This document shows positions 26,516-37,520 of a DNA stretch of 64,000 nt, piece by piece (position 1 is the stretch's first letter; the number at the start of each line of letters is the position of its first letter). A program made the position numbers and the translations under genes. The notes under the pieces are model-generated. The model saw only the letters and a program-made list of their open reading frames with translations. It searched no databases and was not told where the DNA came from. Source of the DNA: Amphiscolops sp. MND2022. Taxonomy: Eukaryota. The DNA lies in the NCBI GenBank assembly GCA_964187785.1, contig OZ076409.1, positions 57,786,001 to 57,850,000 on the forward strand, written 5' to 3'.

Positions 26516-29500
26516 AAACGCCACGCCTTTACAAAAAATCTCCACAAAAACCAAACTCATCTGATGACTGGCAGCATCAGTTGAGCCCAAAACCCACAAA
26601 AGCAACACTCGTCCAAAAAGACCTGATAACAGAAACTTCTCAACAATCATTGACCGAATACCACACTGAAGACTTATACGAACTCCTCCGTGATTCACCG
26701 GACAACTACTTCATCAAACAACAAACCCACCCCGAAATTGACTCAAAACCCGATATTCACCACAATTCCCCCGTTAAAAATTATGTCACCATAAACACTT
26801 CTTGCGATGATAAAAAACAACCTCTATTAAGTGAAGACCTCACCGAACACATACAATTTGACAGAGAACGAAACGTGTCATATCTCCCAATTTCAACTTC
26901 TTTGACATTGAAGCGAAAACGACATATGTACTACATACCGATGGACTTCGAAAAACTGACACTTGATGGTCTTATCGATACTGGAGCTCTCACAAGTGCA
27001 ATCTCCGAACAAGACCTCAACAAAATCAAGCTGCTCGCAAATGAAGCAATTAAAGAAACCGGTCCACCAAACTTCCAAATTATGGTGGCAAATGGACAAC
27101 TAGAAGTCCCCATTGGTACAGTATTACTAGAATTCGAAGTCGCAGACTTCATGTTAAAAGAAAACTTCATCATTATGAAAAACCTACCAAACCCCTTAAT
27201 CGGATTATGTTTCCTTCGAAGGAACAATGCACTTTTTGATGTCAATCAAGGCATCTTAACTTTTCCCTACCTCTCGATGCAGCTCAAGCCTGATACACAA
27301 ACAGCAATACGCCAAGCAACACCATTGTTTGCCGAAAATACCTATACCCTACAACCAGGGGAAACACTTGCCATAGCAAGCAAAATGCCTCATCTGATGG
27401 ATCATGATGCGACAGGAATTGTCACACCATCACAACAATTTGAAAACCACGATAGCCTATTTATCACATCATCACTCAGCACAATCAATAATAATGCTAT
27501 CGGGTATCAAATCATCAATTTTTCGGAATTGCCATATACAATAACCCTTGACACCCATCTAGCGGACTTTAAAATTCTCACCCCCGAACAAATCAAGCAC
27601 ATCCAACCCGTAGACCCAGCAGTACTATCTTTCATGATACAACAAGAGGAAACTACGGAAGTGTACATCAACGAACTCCTCAAAGTACCACAACCAAATT
27701 CTGAACAAGAATCGTACTGGTTTCCTACCCCGGAAGACCCAGGCGATCCCGCAACATATACTCCAATACAACAACGTATATACAACGAACTCCTTGAGTT
27801 AAAAGAACTCGAAAAACTGAACCCACATGATAATGAAACATCCAGGAAAACATTCCTCTCAAATTTCGACTGGACAGATACAACACTTAGTTCAGAAGAA
27901 CGACAAGAGATTGAAGAGATTCTGGTCGAATTCCACGACATTTTCGCCAGACATCGCTTTAATATAGGGATCAACCGCGAGTTCAAAGTGAAATTAACGC
28001 CAAATGACGACAGACCAGCTTATAGTCAAAGTTTACCGACTCCCATTAACCTCAAAGATGACATCACAGTAGAACTTGCGCTCCTACATAAATATGGTAT
28101 AATCACAACCTTACCATTTTCCAAATACGCAAGCCCAATTTTTGCACAGCGCAAACCTAATGGGCGCCTTAGGCTCCTTGTAGACCTCCGGAAAATTAAT
28201 AATCTCATCACTAAAGATTATGTCAACAATAACCACCCGGTAAGCACATTATCCGATGCAGCCCAACACATGGCAGGGAAAAAACTTTTCTGCAAATTGG
28301 ACTGCTCTCAGGCTTACCACTGCCTTCAAATGGCAGATTACCAATCTATCCAGATGCTTGCTTTCAATTTCGCAAGCAGAACATTTGCTTATCGTCGCCT
28401 TGCTCAGGGCCTCAGCCGATCCCTTTCTGCATTCTCAAGCTTCATGAGGGAATACCTGGACAGAGCAATCAAAGCTGACCAATGTGCCCAATATGTTGAT
28501 GACATTGGCATTGCAGCAAACGACACAAAACAATTGTACATCAACATCAAAACCGTCTTTGAATGTATCAGAAACGCTGGATTAAAACTTTCCATGTCCA
28601 AATGTCATTTTGGAGTTAAACAAGTCGATTTCCTGGGTCGCACCATCACACCAGATGGAGTTGCCCCTCAGGCCGACAAAGTAAAAGATTTCCTCGCAAA
28701 ACTCAGATTTCCAAAATCAAATAAGGCACTACAAAGGTATATTGGATTCCTAAACTATTACCGAAACTATATACCACGCCTTTCAGAACGGCTATCCCCG
28801 TTCTTCAATCTCCTCAAAGAAACTTCCAAATTCTATGTACCAACAAACTTGGTAGAAGAATTCACAAACCTTAACAAACTTTTGGAAAACTCTTGCCAAT
28901 TAGCTTTGAAACAACCATTGAAGAACAAACAACTCATAGTCATGTCCGATGCAAGTTTCACTGCAGCAGGATACGCTATCATGATCGAAGACGATCCGAA
29001 TCAAAAACTCCAATCCAGACGCAAAACATATGCACCCATAGCGTTTGGTTCAAAAACTTTCAACCCAACACAGACGAAGATGTCAATTTATGCGAAAGAA
29101 TTCCTTTCTATATATTTTGCATTCGTCGAATTTGGACACCTCATGTGGGGAAGCAAATTCCCAGTCATCGTGTTCACTGACAACCGGTCAGTAACCCGGT
29201 TTTTTCAAACGAAAATGATCCCACCAGCACTTTGGAACGCATGCGATTACGTTTTACAAAACAATTTTGTAATTGCCCATGTCGCTGGCTCAATGAATAC
29301 TGCTGCAGACTTCCTATCAAGGACAGAAGTCGCCCCAACAGAAAAACTAGAATTAACAATTCGCAATGACATTCACACGAAAGCAATTGAGGTAAAGATC
29401 CAGTCATCTGGAATTGCCGAAGAAGAACAAATCTATGTTCTCCCAGATGATGAAATCGACGAAACCCAACTTTGGGAAGAAAAACAAAATATCCGAAATC

Positions 29501-31398
29501 AAGCTCAAACTGAAACACACAACGACCCCGAAAATGAGGTCGCTGAACTACAACAATTTCACAAACCCACCTCAGGATTAATCTCTATTTCATCAGGATA
29601 CTTCAAGGACAATGCCAAAATCCGCCTCGAGCAGAATAATGACGTAGTCCTCAGAAACCTGAGAGCAAAAATCGAAGGCAACCCCTTCGACGAGAATGAG
29701 TTGGCATCAGACTACAGATACCAACACTACCTACAAAACATAACAAGAATAGAAATTAAACAAGAAGTCCTCACCCGAAAATACTATACGGACACAGGAA
29801 CCACATCTCACTACCAGATTCTCCTACCGGTTCAACTTTTAGATGAACTCTTACAAGCCCTTCATGGCCATAATTCAAACCACCCAGGAATCACGAAAAT
29901 GATTCAGGAAGCAAGACAAAAATATTACTACCCATGTATGACTAAATACATTAAAAAATGGGTCAGTAACTGCCAAGTCTGCATTCAAACGAAACGTATC
30001 AACAACGATCTCCTCAGAACCGAACTTCTTAATTGCCCAGAATGGGATCTTGGCCCGGAAGACATTCTACAGATGGATATTCTACCAAACCTCCCCTCTA
30101 GCGGAGGTTATGATCACATCATCACAGCAATAGATGTCTTCTCGAGATACTTGTTTGCTTATCCCGTGACTCGTATTACCGCCACAGCAGTATCAAGAGT
30201 CATCATGGATATACTATGCAAGCACACCTACCTTCCAACAACGATAATCACAGATTTAGGCACTCAATTCAACGCTCAAGTAACTCACGCAATTGCTGCA
30301 GTGCTGGGAATTGAACTTAAACACGCAAAAATGAAACATGCCCAAACAATAGGACTCCTCGAGAGAACCCATGCCTCAGTGAAAACACACCTAAAAGCTG
30401 CAACAGGCGAATTCAGGAATAACTGGCATAAATATCTCCCGTTAGCAGTCCTTAACCATAACACATCATACCATGCATCACTCGGTTGTGAACCTTCACG
30501 AGTCTTCCATGGCAGAATACCACATAATATCCTAGACTATAAACTCGGATATAACCCTAACCCACGATATCAACCACAGGCAGATGTGGCAGAAGAAATA
30601 CAAAAACGCATGAAAAACCTTTTAGATCAAACAAAGAAAAATATCATGCAATCCTATCTCAAGTACAAAGCCTACTATGATAGGAAAGCCAAAGCAGCAC
30701 CGCTCGAAACGACGGACTATTGCTACATTCTCAACCCAAAAGCCGACACGCAAGCGACGAAAATACCATTTCGAGAATTCAGATGGTGTGGTCCATATAA
30801 AGTGGAAAAAGTGCTCCCTAACAATAATTATATTGTCAGGAGACTTGGTACTAACAAAACGCAACTGCTACACAGGATACGCCTGCGAAAATTCACTCCG
30901 CAAGCTCCATTAGCAGATATTTTTGTCCGCGAAACTGATTGGCAAAATGATGACCAGATACCTATAGCAAATGATGATCTATATGCCCAATCATGGAATA
31001 CAAATTTTGGATCTAATCCGTTTGAAGATGGTCCTTCAGAATACTCAGAAGACACTGAGGAAACCGAATATACTCCAATCCAAATACCTAATGATAACCG
31101 CCCTCCCTCCCCAGGATCTTCAAAAAATAGTGGGGGGAGCCCAGTGGAACAGACCACTGAACCAGATCAAAATTGCGACAATCATGAAAATGAAATTCCA
31201 CAACACATCAGTGAAGATGATCAAAATACCCAAAAAACTCAAAAAGAACCAAATAATTCATCGGTTGATGATACCCAAAAAACCCTAGAAAATTCACAAA
31301 ATACCCCATTGCAAGAAGAACCCATAAATACTCGTGGTGAAAAATACAACTTACGCCCCAATCCCAACCTAAACTACTCTGACTCTTACAGATACTAA
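26401..31398 (+). CDS. pol: Pol polyprotein (aspartic protease, RT, RNase H, integrase), probably expressed as a Gag-Pol -1 frameshift fusion
   Basis: Uninterrupted 1665-codon ORF. LIDTGA (26977), YVDD (28492), SDAS/KE/TDN/ADFLSR RNase H, H-H...CQVC integrase zinc finger, D-D-E (QMDIL, TDLGTQF, LERTH) and GPY (30790). Confidence 0.98.
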   Translation: MEPDRSTKENYRRIQTSQKTNQTKIRTISTILIEGFKLETPRLYKKSPQKPNSSDDWQHQLSPKPTKATLVQKDLITETSQQSLTEYHTEDLYELLRDSPDNYFIKQQTHPEIDSKPDIHHNSPVKNYVTINTSCDDKKQPLLSEDLTEHIQFDRERNVSYLPISTSLTLKRKRHMYYIPMDFEKLTLDGLIDTGALTSAISEQDLNKIKLLANEAIKETGPPNFQIMVANGQLEVPIGTVLLEFEVADFMLKENFIIMKNLPNPLIGLCFLRRNNALFDVNQGILTFPYLSMQLKPDTQTAIRQATPLFAENTYTLQPGETLAIASKMPHLMDHDATGIVTPSQQFENHDSLFITSSLSTINNNAIGYQIINFSELPYTITLDTHLADFKILTPEQIKHIQPVDPAVLSFMIQQEETTEVYINELLKVPQPNSEQESYWFPTPEDPGDPATYTPIQQRIYNELLELKELEKLNPHDNETSRKTFLSNFDWTDTTLSSEERQEIEEILVEFHDIFARHRFNIGINREFKVKLTPNDDRPAYSQSLPTPINLKDDITVELALLHKYGIITTLPFSKYASPIFAQRKPNGRLRLLVDLRKINNLITKDYVNNNHPVSTLSDAAQHMAGKKLFCKLDCSQAYHCLQMADYQSIQMLAFNFASRTFAYRRLAQGLSRSLSAFSSFMREYLDRAIKADQCAQYVDDIGIAANDTKQLYINIKTVFECIRNAGLKLSMSKCHFGVKQVDFLGRTITPDGVAPQADKVKDFLAKLRFPKSNKALQRYIGFLNYYRNYIPRLSERLSPFFNLLKETSKFYVPTNLVEEFTNLNKLLENSCQLALKQPLKNKQLIVMSDASFTAAGYAIMIEDDPNQKLQSRRKTYAPIAFGSKTFNPTQTKMSIYAKEFLSIYFAFVEFGHLMWGSKFPVIVFTDNRSVTRFFQTKMIPPALWNACDYVLQNNFVIAHVAGSMNTAADFLSRTEVAPTEKLELTIRNDIHTKAIEVKIQSSGIAEEEQIYVLPDDEIDETQLWEEKQNIRNQAQTETHNDPENEVAELQQFHKPTSGLISISSGYFKDNAKIRLEQNNDVVLRNLRAKIEGNPFDENELASDYRYQHYLQNITRIEIKQEVLTRKYYTDTGTTSHYQILLPVQLLDELLQALHGHNSNHPGITKMIQEARQKYYYPCMTKYIKKWVSNCQVCIQTKRINNDLLRTELLNCPEWDLGPEDILQMDILPNLPSSGGYDHIITAIDVFSRYLFAYPVTRITATAVSRVIMDILCKHTYLPTTIITDLGTQFNAQVTHAIAAVLGIELKHAKMKHAQTIGLLERTHASVKTHLKAATGEFRNNWHKYLPLAVLNHNTSYHASLGCEPSRVFHGRIPHNILDYKLGYNPNPRYQPQADVAEEIQKRMKNLLDQTKKNIMQSYLKYKAYYDRKAKAAPLETTDYCYILNPKADTQATKIPFREFRWCGPYKVEKVLPNNNYIVRRLGTNKTQLLHRIRLRKFTPQAPLADIFVRETDWQNDDQIPIANDDLYAQSWNTNFGSNPFEDGPSEYSEDTEETEYTPIQIPNDNRPPSPGSSKNSGGSPVEQTTEPDQNCDNHENEIPQHISEDDQNTQKTQKEPNNSSVDDTQKTLENSQNTPLQEEPINTRGEKYNLRPNPNLNYSDSYRY
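26506..26512 (+). promoter_or_regulatory. -1 ribosomal frameshift slippery heptamer T TTA AAC
   Basis: X XXY YYZ heptamer in the gag frame immediately before the gag TAG; pol is in the -1 frame and open across the site. Confidence 0.8.
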
Positions 31399-31582
31399 AA
31401 AAACACACACAGAAGAATCGTTCTCTTATCTCTTTCCTGTCTTTTCAGTTCGTAACTAGACGAATTATCAGTTCATTCAAAGAAGATACAACTAAATGAG
31501 TAAAAAGTCGGATAGAATAAGGCTTCCGAAACAAACAAAACAAACTAGTAATACACAGATCCAAAGTCAAGCGAGAACACTC

Positions 31583-34500
31583 TCAATTCGTCTTCTTGTC
31601 TTTTCCAGACTTACTCTTCATTTTTTTTGATGCTCCTCCAGCTTCCAGGTCTCCACAGCGAGGAACTTCCAGGCTAACTCTGTTTAGTGAAGGGTCAGGG
31701 GACGGCGAACTATTTACACTGCTGTGCCGACTAACACTAGGTGTTGTACTGCTTGAAGTTATGGGTGGCTTCTCGGTTCGTAAAACGGCTTTCCTGTAGC
31801 CAGTCTCGAATTTTCCCACTAACGCTGCTCGACGCGGGCTACTTCCTTTAAGGAAATTCCATACGGAAAATTTCTTGTCGGTAAGTAGATCCTCACCACG
31901 TCCCAGAAGCCGGAAGACTCGAGGGATAGATTTTGGATCACGATACAGACTTGATACGTGTGGGACAGTTAAATAGGAAGCCTGTAAACTCCGCAAGCAT
32001 GACTGAAAGGACTCAGTATTACCTTCTAAACGTAGAACTGGAACAGTGAATTCTGGAGACATTTCGATAAGAGGAGGCAAGCATAAGCAAGAGTACTTAT
32101 AAAGCTGAAGCAACTCTGGACGACACCGGATCTCATAATGAGACGACAAAAAATGTACCCAATCTTCGTATTCTGGTATTGGTCCAGCACGGAGTTTAGT
32201 AACAAAGGAACGATACTGACTAATGATCTTTACTTTATCGCTGCTTGAAATCCACCCGGCACTAGAAAAGTAAGACGACAGCTTCTCAATTGCACTGGAA
32301 TAGTGTTCCTCGGGACCCTCGATCATAACACTGGAGTCAAAAGCTGACAACCCCCTGATTAAGTCCGACTTTATGACATCGTGGCACAGCAGTAACTTGC
32401 AAAAAGCCTTACAAAAGGCGATCGATTGGTCCACAAATTTCCCCGGACGGGGTAACCTACTTGCCAAAACCAACTTGTGGAAGTCTTCATTCAAAATAAA
32501 TTCACTAGACGTCTTGTAAGGAAGCTCAGTTTGGTCGAGATCAATAGTGAGATATCTGTCCCAATCGGAAATACTCCCTAGCACACTATCGGGTAGTATA
32601 CTTTGTAATTGACTGTATATGAAGACGGCAAATTGATTGTACAAACGAAATCCGCCTTCAATGCGCTTCTGTACTTCCGAAAAGGCCGAATTATCTGAAA
32701 CATACCAAAATCTACGTAATGGAACACATTTGTTCGGAATATATTATTGCACCAACACGTTTGGACAAACAACACAAAAACAGCACTAATTGATCAGCTA
32801 TGTCTGAATCAATTTCATATGCTGCATAGTAATATGAAACGAGAGCAAACGTATAGTAAATATCTACACTATACGGAATATCATACGGGAACTATACAGC
32901 ATTATGCGGATTGAAGCGCAATGAATACTCGCCATTATACGGATTGAAAGGAATTAACTATGCGGCATTATGCGGATCAAGGTATGACGACTATACGTCA
33001 CCATGCGGATCAAGGTATGACGACTATACGTCACCATGCGGATCAAGGTATGACGACTATACGTCACTATGCGGATCAAGGTATGACGACTATACGTCAC
33101 CATGCGGATCAAGGTATGACGACTATACGTCACCATGCGGATCGAGGTGCGACGACTATGCGTCACTATGCGGAAATAGCAGTGACGATTATATGCTACT
33201 ACCTTAGGCATATACAAATGATTATACGCAAATATGCGAACGGAGATACGATGACTATTCATCATTGTTACAAAATTGAAAGCAAATGCATGTGCTACAG
33301 TAAATGACTGGAAGAATGGATAAATGACGACCTCACGGCTCCTATTTCGAAACGGGAAGGCACGAATTACAAAATGATTGAACAGAAAATTTAAAAACCA
33401 GTAACAAATGATACTACAATACTTTATCAGAAGATGTGGAGCAACTAACAGTGGTCTAACACGCATCTGATGATGAAGAGTCTGGCTAAATAGGCTGTAT
33501 CCAAGCGGAAACATTCGTCGAGAGTGTTCGGCTGAAATAAGAGAAAATATATTGAGTAACAAAGTAATTCCAAAGAAATGGGATTATTGGGAAGTGTAAT
33601 AACCTCTCTCATGTGGAATCGGTATACTGGGAGTCTCGCTACCTGGTTCAAATGCTCCCGAACACGATCCCAATGGTTTGACAATTCTTCAATGATAACT
33701 GATGCTTCATCTAATGAGTACTCGAGGCGAATTACACACTGAAACGAGAGACTTTAAGATTCTGTGAAACAAATTTGAAAACAGCCAAGAGAAATACCTT
33801 ATGAAGGGTAGGCAAGCTCTGCAACCAGTCACGGTCAAGTGCAGTCCTCAATTTCATGAGGAGAAAGTCCAAAATTGTGCGAAAATCGTGACGTTCAATT
33901 ATTTGGACTGTCGGCAGTGTTAAACTAACTTCGAGGTCGGTAGTCCCATAAGTATTGACAATACATGGTCTTTTTGAGCCTGGTAAAGTGTTTGACAAGC
34001 AATCATCTAACTTGTCTCCAACCCCAATAAGTGCAATACACGAAGGGGGAACGTCAAAAAGGCTGAGGAAAGAGGCAAGCAAATTAAGAATCCTCCGGGG
34101 GAGTAATGGTCCTCGAGGAGAACTGCCTAAGCAGACACGGTGAAAGACATTCCCCGACCAGAATGATAAAATCACAAAGGAATGGGTTGGTGAATGCTGT
34201 ACTGCTAGTGAATATGCCCCAGAAGAAGTGGTCATGGTAACGCAGTAGTTCATCAATTCTCTGAACATGTACACGAGAATTCCCTGTTGAAAAAACATAG
34301 CATGAATAACAACTTAGTGAGGGAATGCTAACTAAGATCAGCGAGGTAGAGAAAAGTACTTACAAACACTCGTTGCTCACTCCAATTTTGGGTGGTCGAT
34401 TGGTCATTGGACATCAGTCGAGACAATTCCTCGTAGATCATTGTGAGGCTCTTAATGTGACCCCCATGTCTGAGTAATGTTCGATTTGAAAGAGGACTTT

Positions 34501-36110
34501 GTCGGTCGGACTAGATACGACTCCTAGTGCAGGTACAGCAGATTGGCCGACCAAAGGATGACGTGAGTCCAATTGGGGGGCAATTGGGTGGGAGTCTCTA
34601 GCCACCTTCTTTGCTTCCTGAAGGGCAATCCCTAGAATTTCCTTCCCATCCTTGTCAAACAGTGGGGTGCCAGGAATTTCCATGCGAATTCGGTGTTCTT
34701 TCGTCAAATGAGTGTCTGAACGGTAATGCGAAATTAATTCCAACGGTCCCCGGCTCATCAGCGATAGTTCCGTCCTACATACTCTACACCACCACTTGTA
34801 AGGTGTTTTCTCAGCATCCAGAGGACCGGTTGCGGAAAACTTAAGTACTGGATGTTTCCTGAGCATACTGACTGTCAGTGAGTACCTAGGTCTCCTCCTC
34901 TTGCCATGTGTTGTCTGTTGCCTTTCATGCCCTTCAGATGACAGAGGTCTGGACGATGAGGGTCCGGGAAGGTCTTCCTGACTTGATGTAGCTAGGAGTG
35001 TAGGATCCAGAGTGTGATCCACGACAGTTAGCGATAAGTGCTGATTAGCATCTACCCCTTCGCCGGACATGAAGTTCTGTGGGATTCGTTCTAAGACACT
35101 ACTTAGTGTCAGAATCTCCTGCCGAGTGACGTTAAGGCTGGGATAGGCAACGCCAGTAAAGTCCCCTTCAGTAGGAGCAGTGCGGGTGGTTTCTTGAAGT
35201 CCAAGATTTCCAATCTCATAATTGGCGGGGTCATCGAGTAGAGTGGGATTTTCCCCCGTAGCGTCATCAAGTAAAGTTGGAGTCAAATACTGCCCGAGTT
35301 GGAAAGGAGAAGCCTGGGCAATTTGGGGGGCAGGATAAGTCCCGGTAAAGTCATCTGTAATACTGGGTTAAAATCGCCCATGTTAGTGGTGGGGGTAGTT
35401 GCAGCTGTTTCACCAAGATTGACACGTCTATCTGGGGAGTGTAATTCAGCTCTCTGTTTTGGTTCCTGTGCTGAGCAGTTCTCTTCACGATTCACAGATG
35501 CAGGGGTAGTTACTACTTCTATACCCTCGTCAATGCTGAGAGGTTGAGCACTAGGAGACACAAAGAGAATTTGGAGACCGGCTGTTCTAGGCGAAGCTAC
35601 TCCTAGTGGGGTAAACACTTTGTCAGGCGTCTTTACAGAAGGAGATTTTTCTGAAGTGGCGGCAGTTTTGTGAGGCGATTTTTCTGGTGAAGTCCGTGAA
35701 GTCCAGAGTTCAACTAAAACAATGATCTATTACCTAATGAAAGAAGGAAGTGGATCTGATCTAGCAAGCGAAACACGTTTGAAAATGCCTGAAACCGGAC
35801 GCGGGGACAGGAAATAAAAGTAGAACGGAAGTAGCTTAGAAGTTCGAAGCGGAAACGTTTCAAAAAACCCGAATTTGGACTAGACATTTTCGCTAGCCAT
35901 TTTCAAGTTGCAAGCCTGGCCAGCTTTGCAAAAAACCAAAAAGTCTCAAATCTGAACCAAAATGAACCAAATCAAAACAAATGAGTTGAGCTTACCGGAC
36001 ATCGGATTGAGAGGTAAATCACTCCAAAAGTCGTCGCGGTGATGTGGCGATTGATCTTTTCTGGATCTTCGTTTGCCTGAAGAACCTGACCCGCCAGGTG
36101 TAGAATCCAT
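31583..36110 (-). CDS. Antisense multi-exon gene inside the retrotransposon: low-complexity N-terminus, C2H2/BED-like zinc finger, degenerate hAT-transposase-like region (this copy appears to carry lesions)
   Basis: ATG at 36110 (MDSTPGGSGSSGKRRSRK). Frame-preserving GT-AG introns at 35995-35714, 34363-34284 and 33797-33739 join the ORF-track pieces 35283-35618, 34438-35286, 33732-34298 and 33445-33684. The last exon is the 353-aa ORF ending at 31583. Motifs WCRVCRTELSLMSRGPLELISHYRSDTH and PELLQLYKYSCLCLP. Apparent frameshifts near 35365 and 34480; exons between 33460 and 32700 are unresolved. Confidence 0.75.
32971..33168 (+). repeat. 33-bp tandem array (6 copies) TGCGGATCAAGGTATGACGACTATACGTCACCA, with degenerate flanking copies
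   Basis: Directly visible; each unit contains the inverted repeat TGACG-N6-CGTCA. Confidence 0.95.
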
Positions 36111-36454
36111 TATCCCAAAAGAGTAATGAAATTATGCGAATTTGAAATTTTCCTGCTGGAAATGTTATGTAAGGAAGTCGGGGAAGATATGGATGAACTG
36201 CTTCTGTATGTGTGAACTACGACTAAAGACTGGACAAGGAAATTAACAATAAGTTGACTGAAAATGCAATATACGTAAGAAGGCGTGGCGTAAAAGAAGG
36301 CAAAGAGCAAATGATGCAAGTTTGCGCAAATGTGCAAGAGAATACTATAATCTGATTGGTTAATTAAATGTCAATTTCGTCTGCCAGCGTGATTGATTGA
36401 CTCATTGCATAACGCCAATGGCTAATTTAAGCATAGATGTTGTTTTGGCTGATA

Positions 36455-36700
36455 GTATACGGCAATATGTGGATTGCAAACGCAGAATATGCGGTAGTAT
36501 GCGGGTTGCAGAAGAAGAATATGCGGCAGTATGCGGATCGAGCAAAGACGAGCATGCGGCAGTATGCGGAGTACAAGAGAAGAATATGCGGCAATATGCG
36601 GATTGCAAGAGAAGAGTATGCGGCAGTATGCGGAATGCAAAGGAAGACTATGCGGCAATATGCGGTTCCTGCAGTGACGTATACTCGTCATCCTGCGGTT
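36455..36700 (+). repeat. Degenerate ~30-bp tandem array rich in TATGCGG(CAG)TATGCGG
   Basis: Repeated ATATGCGGCAGTATGCGGA units, ending in GTGACGTATACTCGTCA as in the LTR array. Confidence 0.85.
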
Positions 36701-37520
36701 CTCGCTGCATATTCTTAATAGGATGAATTAATGCAGTTCGTGGCTGGAATTGAACAGATAAAGAAGTATTACGTAATATTATGAAGAAAATTAAACACTC
36801 TCAATGATAAACACGTGTGATATTGTTGATGCTTAATCACAACGTCAGCTTTATGTTGAATTTAGTTCATTTAGTAAATTTCGAACTGATAATGTTCTGG
36901 GAGCTTATAAAAAAGAAACAATTGTCAGAACCGGAAGTTATACGTCAAACCATCACCCCACACGCATTTTTCAAATGCGGGACCAAGTTTAACACATGTT
37001 TTTCTTGGAATTAATGGTCGATTTAGCTGTGCTATTAATCAAAAGTGAAACATGCTTCATAACTCTTTTCATCATTTCATTAAATTAGTCATGTAAGACT
37101 AGATAAAGTTTTTCTCCCAACTTTTCAATAAATATCTTCACGGAGGCATTTACTTACTTTGATGTCCCGTTGAATTTTGTTTATATATCATTTAACTGTC
37201 TGGAAATTGTCGGAAATCCAAGTGATGAGCGGCAATCCGATGATGTGTTAAGTAAAACACCTTTTATGGAAATTGTTTATGAGTTATTGCAAGTGAGTCT
37301 CATGACATGACTCCTAGTAAAACCCTTATAAGGGGAATGGAGGACTCGAAAAAGCATGACTCTCAACTTTTCCGCGGGATTTTGTCAAAAACAGAAGAGA
37401 GAAGAAAATCAACCACCATATGGTCTTAATCAATCTGAAATTCGGCTGCCTTTCATAAACTGATAACTTGATACTTAAAATAATTCTCCCATTAATTTTA
37501 ACTTGAATAATTTTGAAAAA

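Noticed and set aside
26507..31408. Many short ORFs overlapping pol on either strand
   Set aside because: Shadow frames of the pol coding sequence with no independent motifs.
32911..33307. CRISPR-like appearance and repetitive ORFs (CGSRYDDYTSP)n of the 33-bp array
   Set aside because: Units are contiguous with no unique spacers, there are no cas genes and the context is eukaryotic; the ORFs are open in several frames simply because the stop-free unit length is a multiple of 3.
31583..36110. Antisense gene as a nested autonomous hAT transposon
   Set aside because: I found no TIRs or 8-bp TSD, the catalytic residues appear absent, and its repeat arrays are shared with the LTR.
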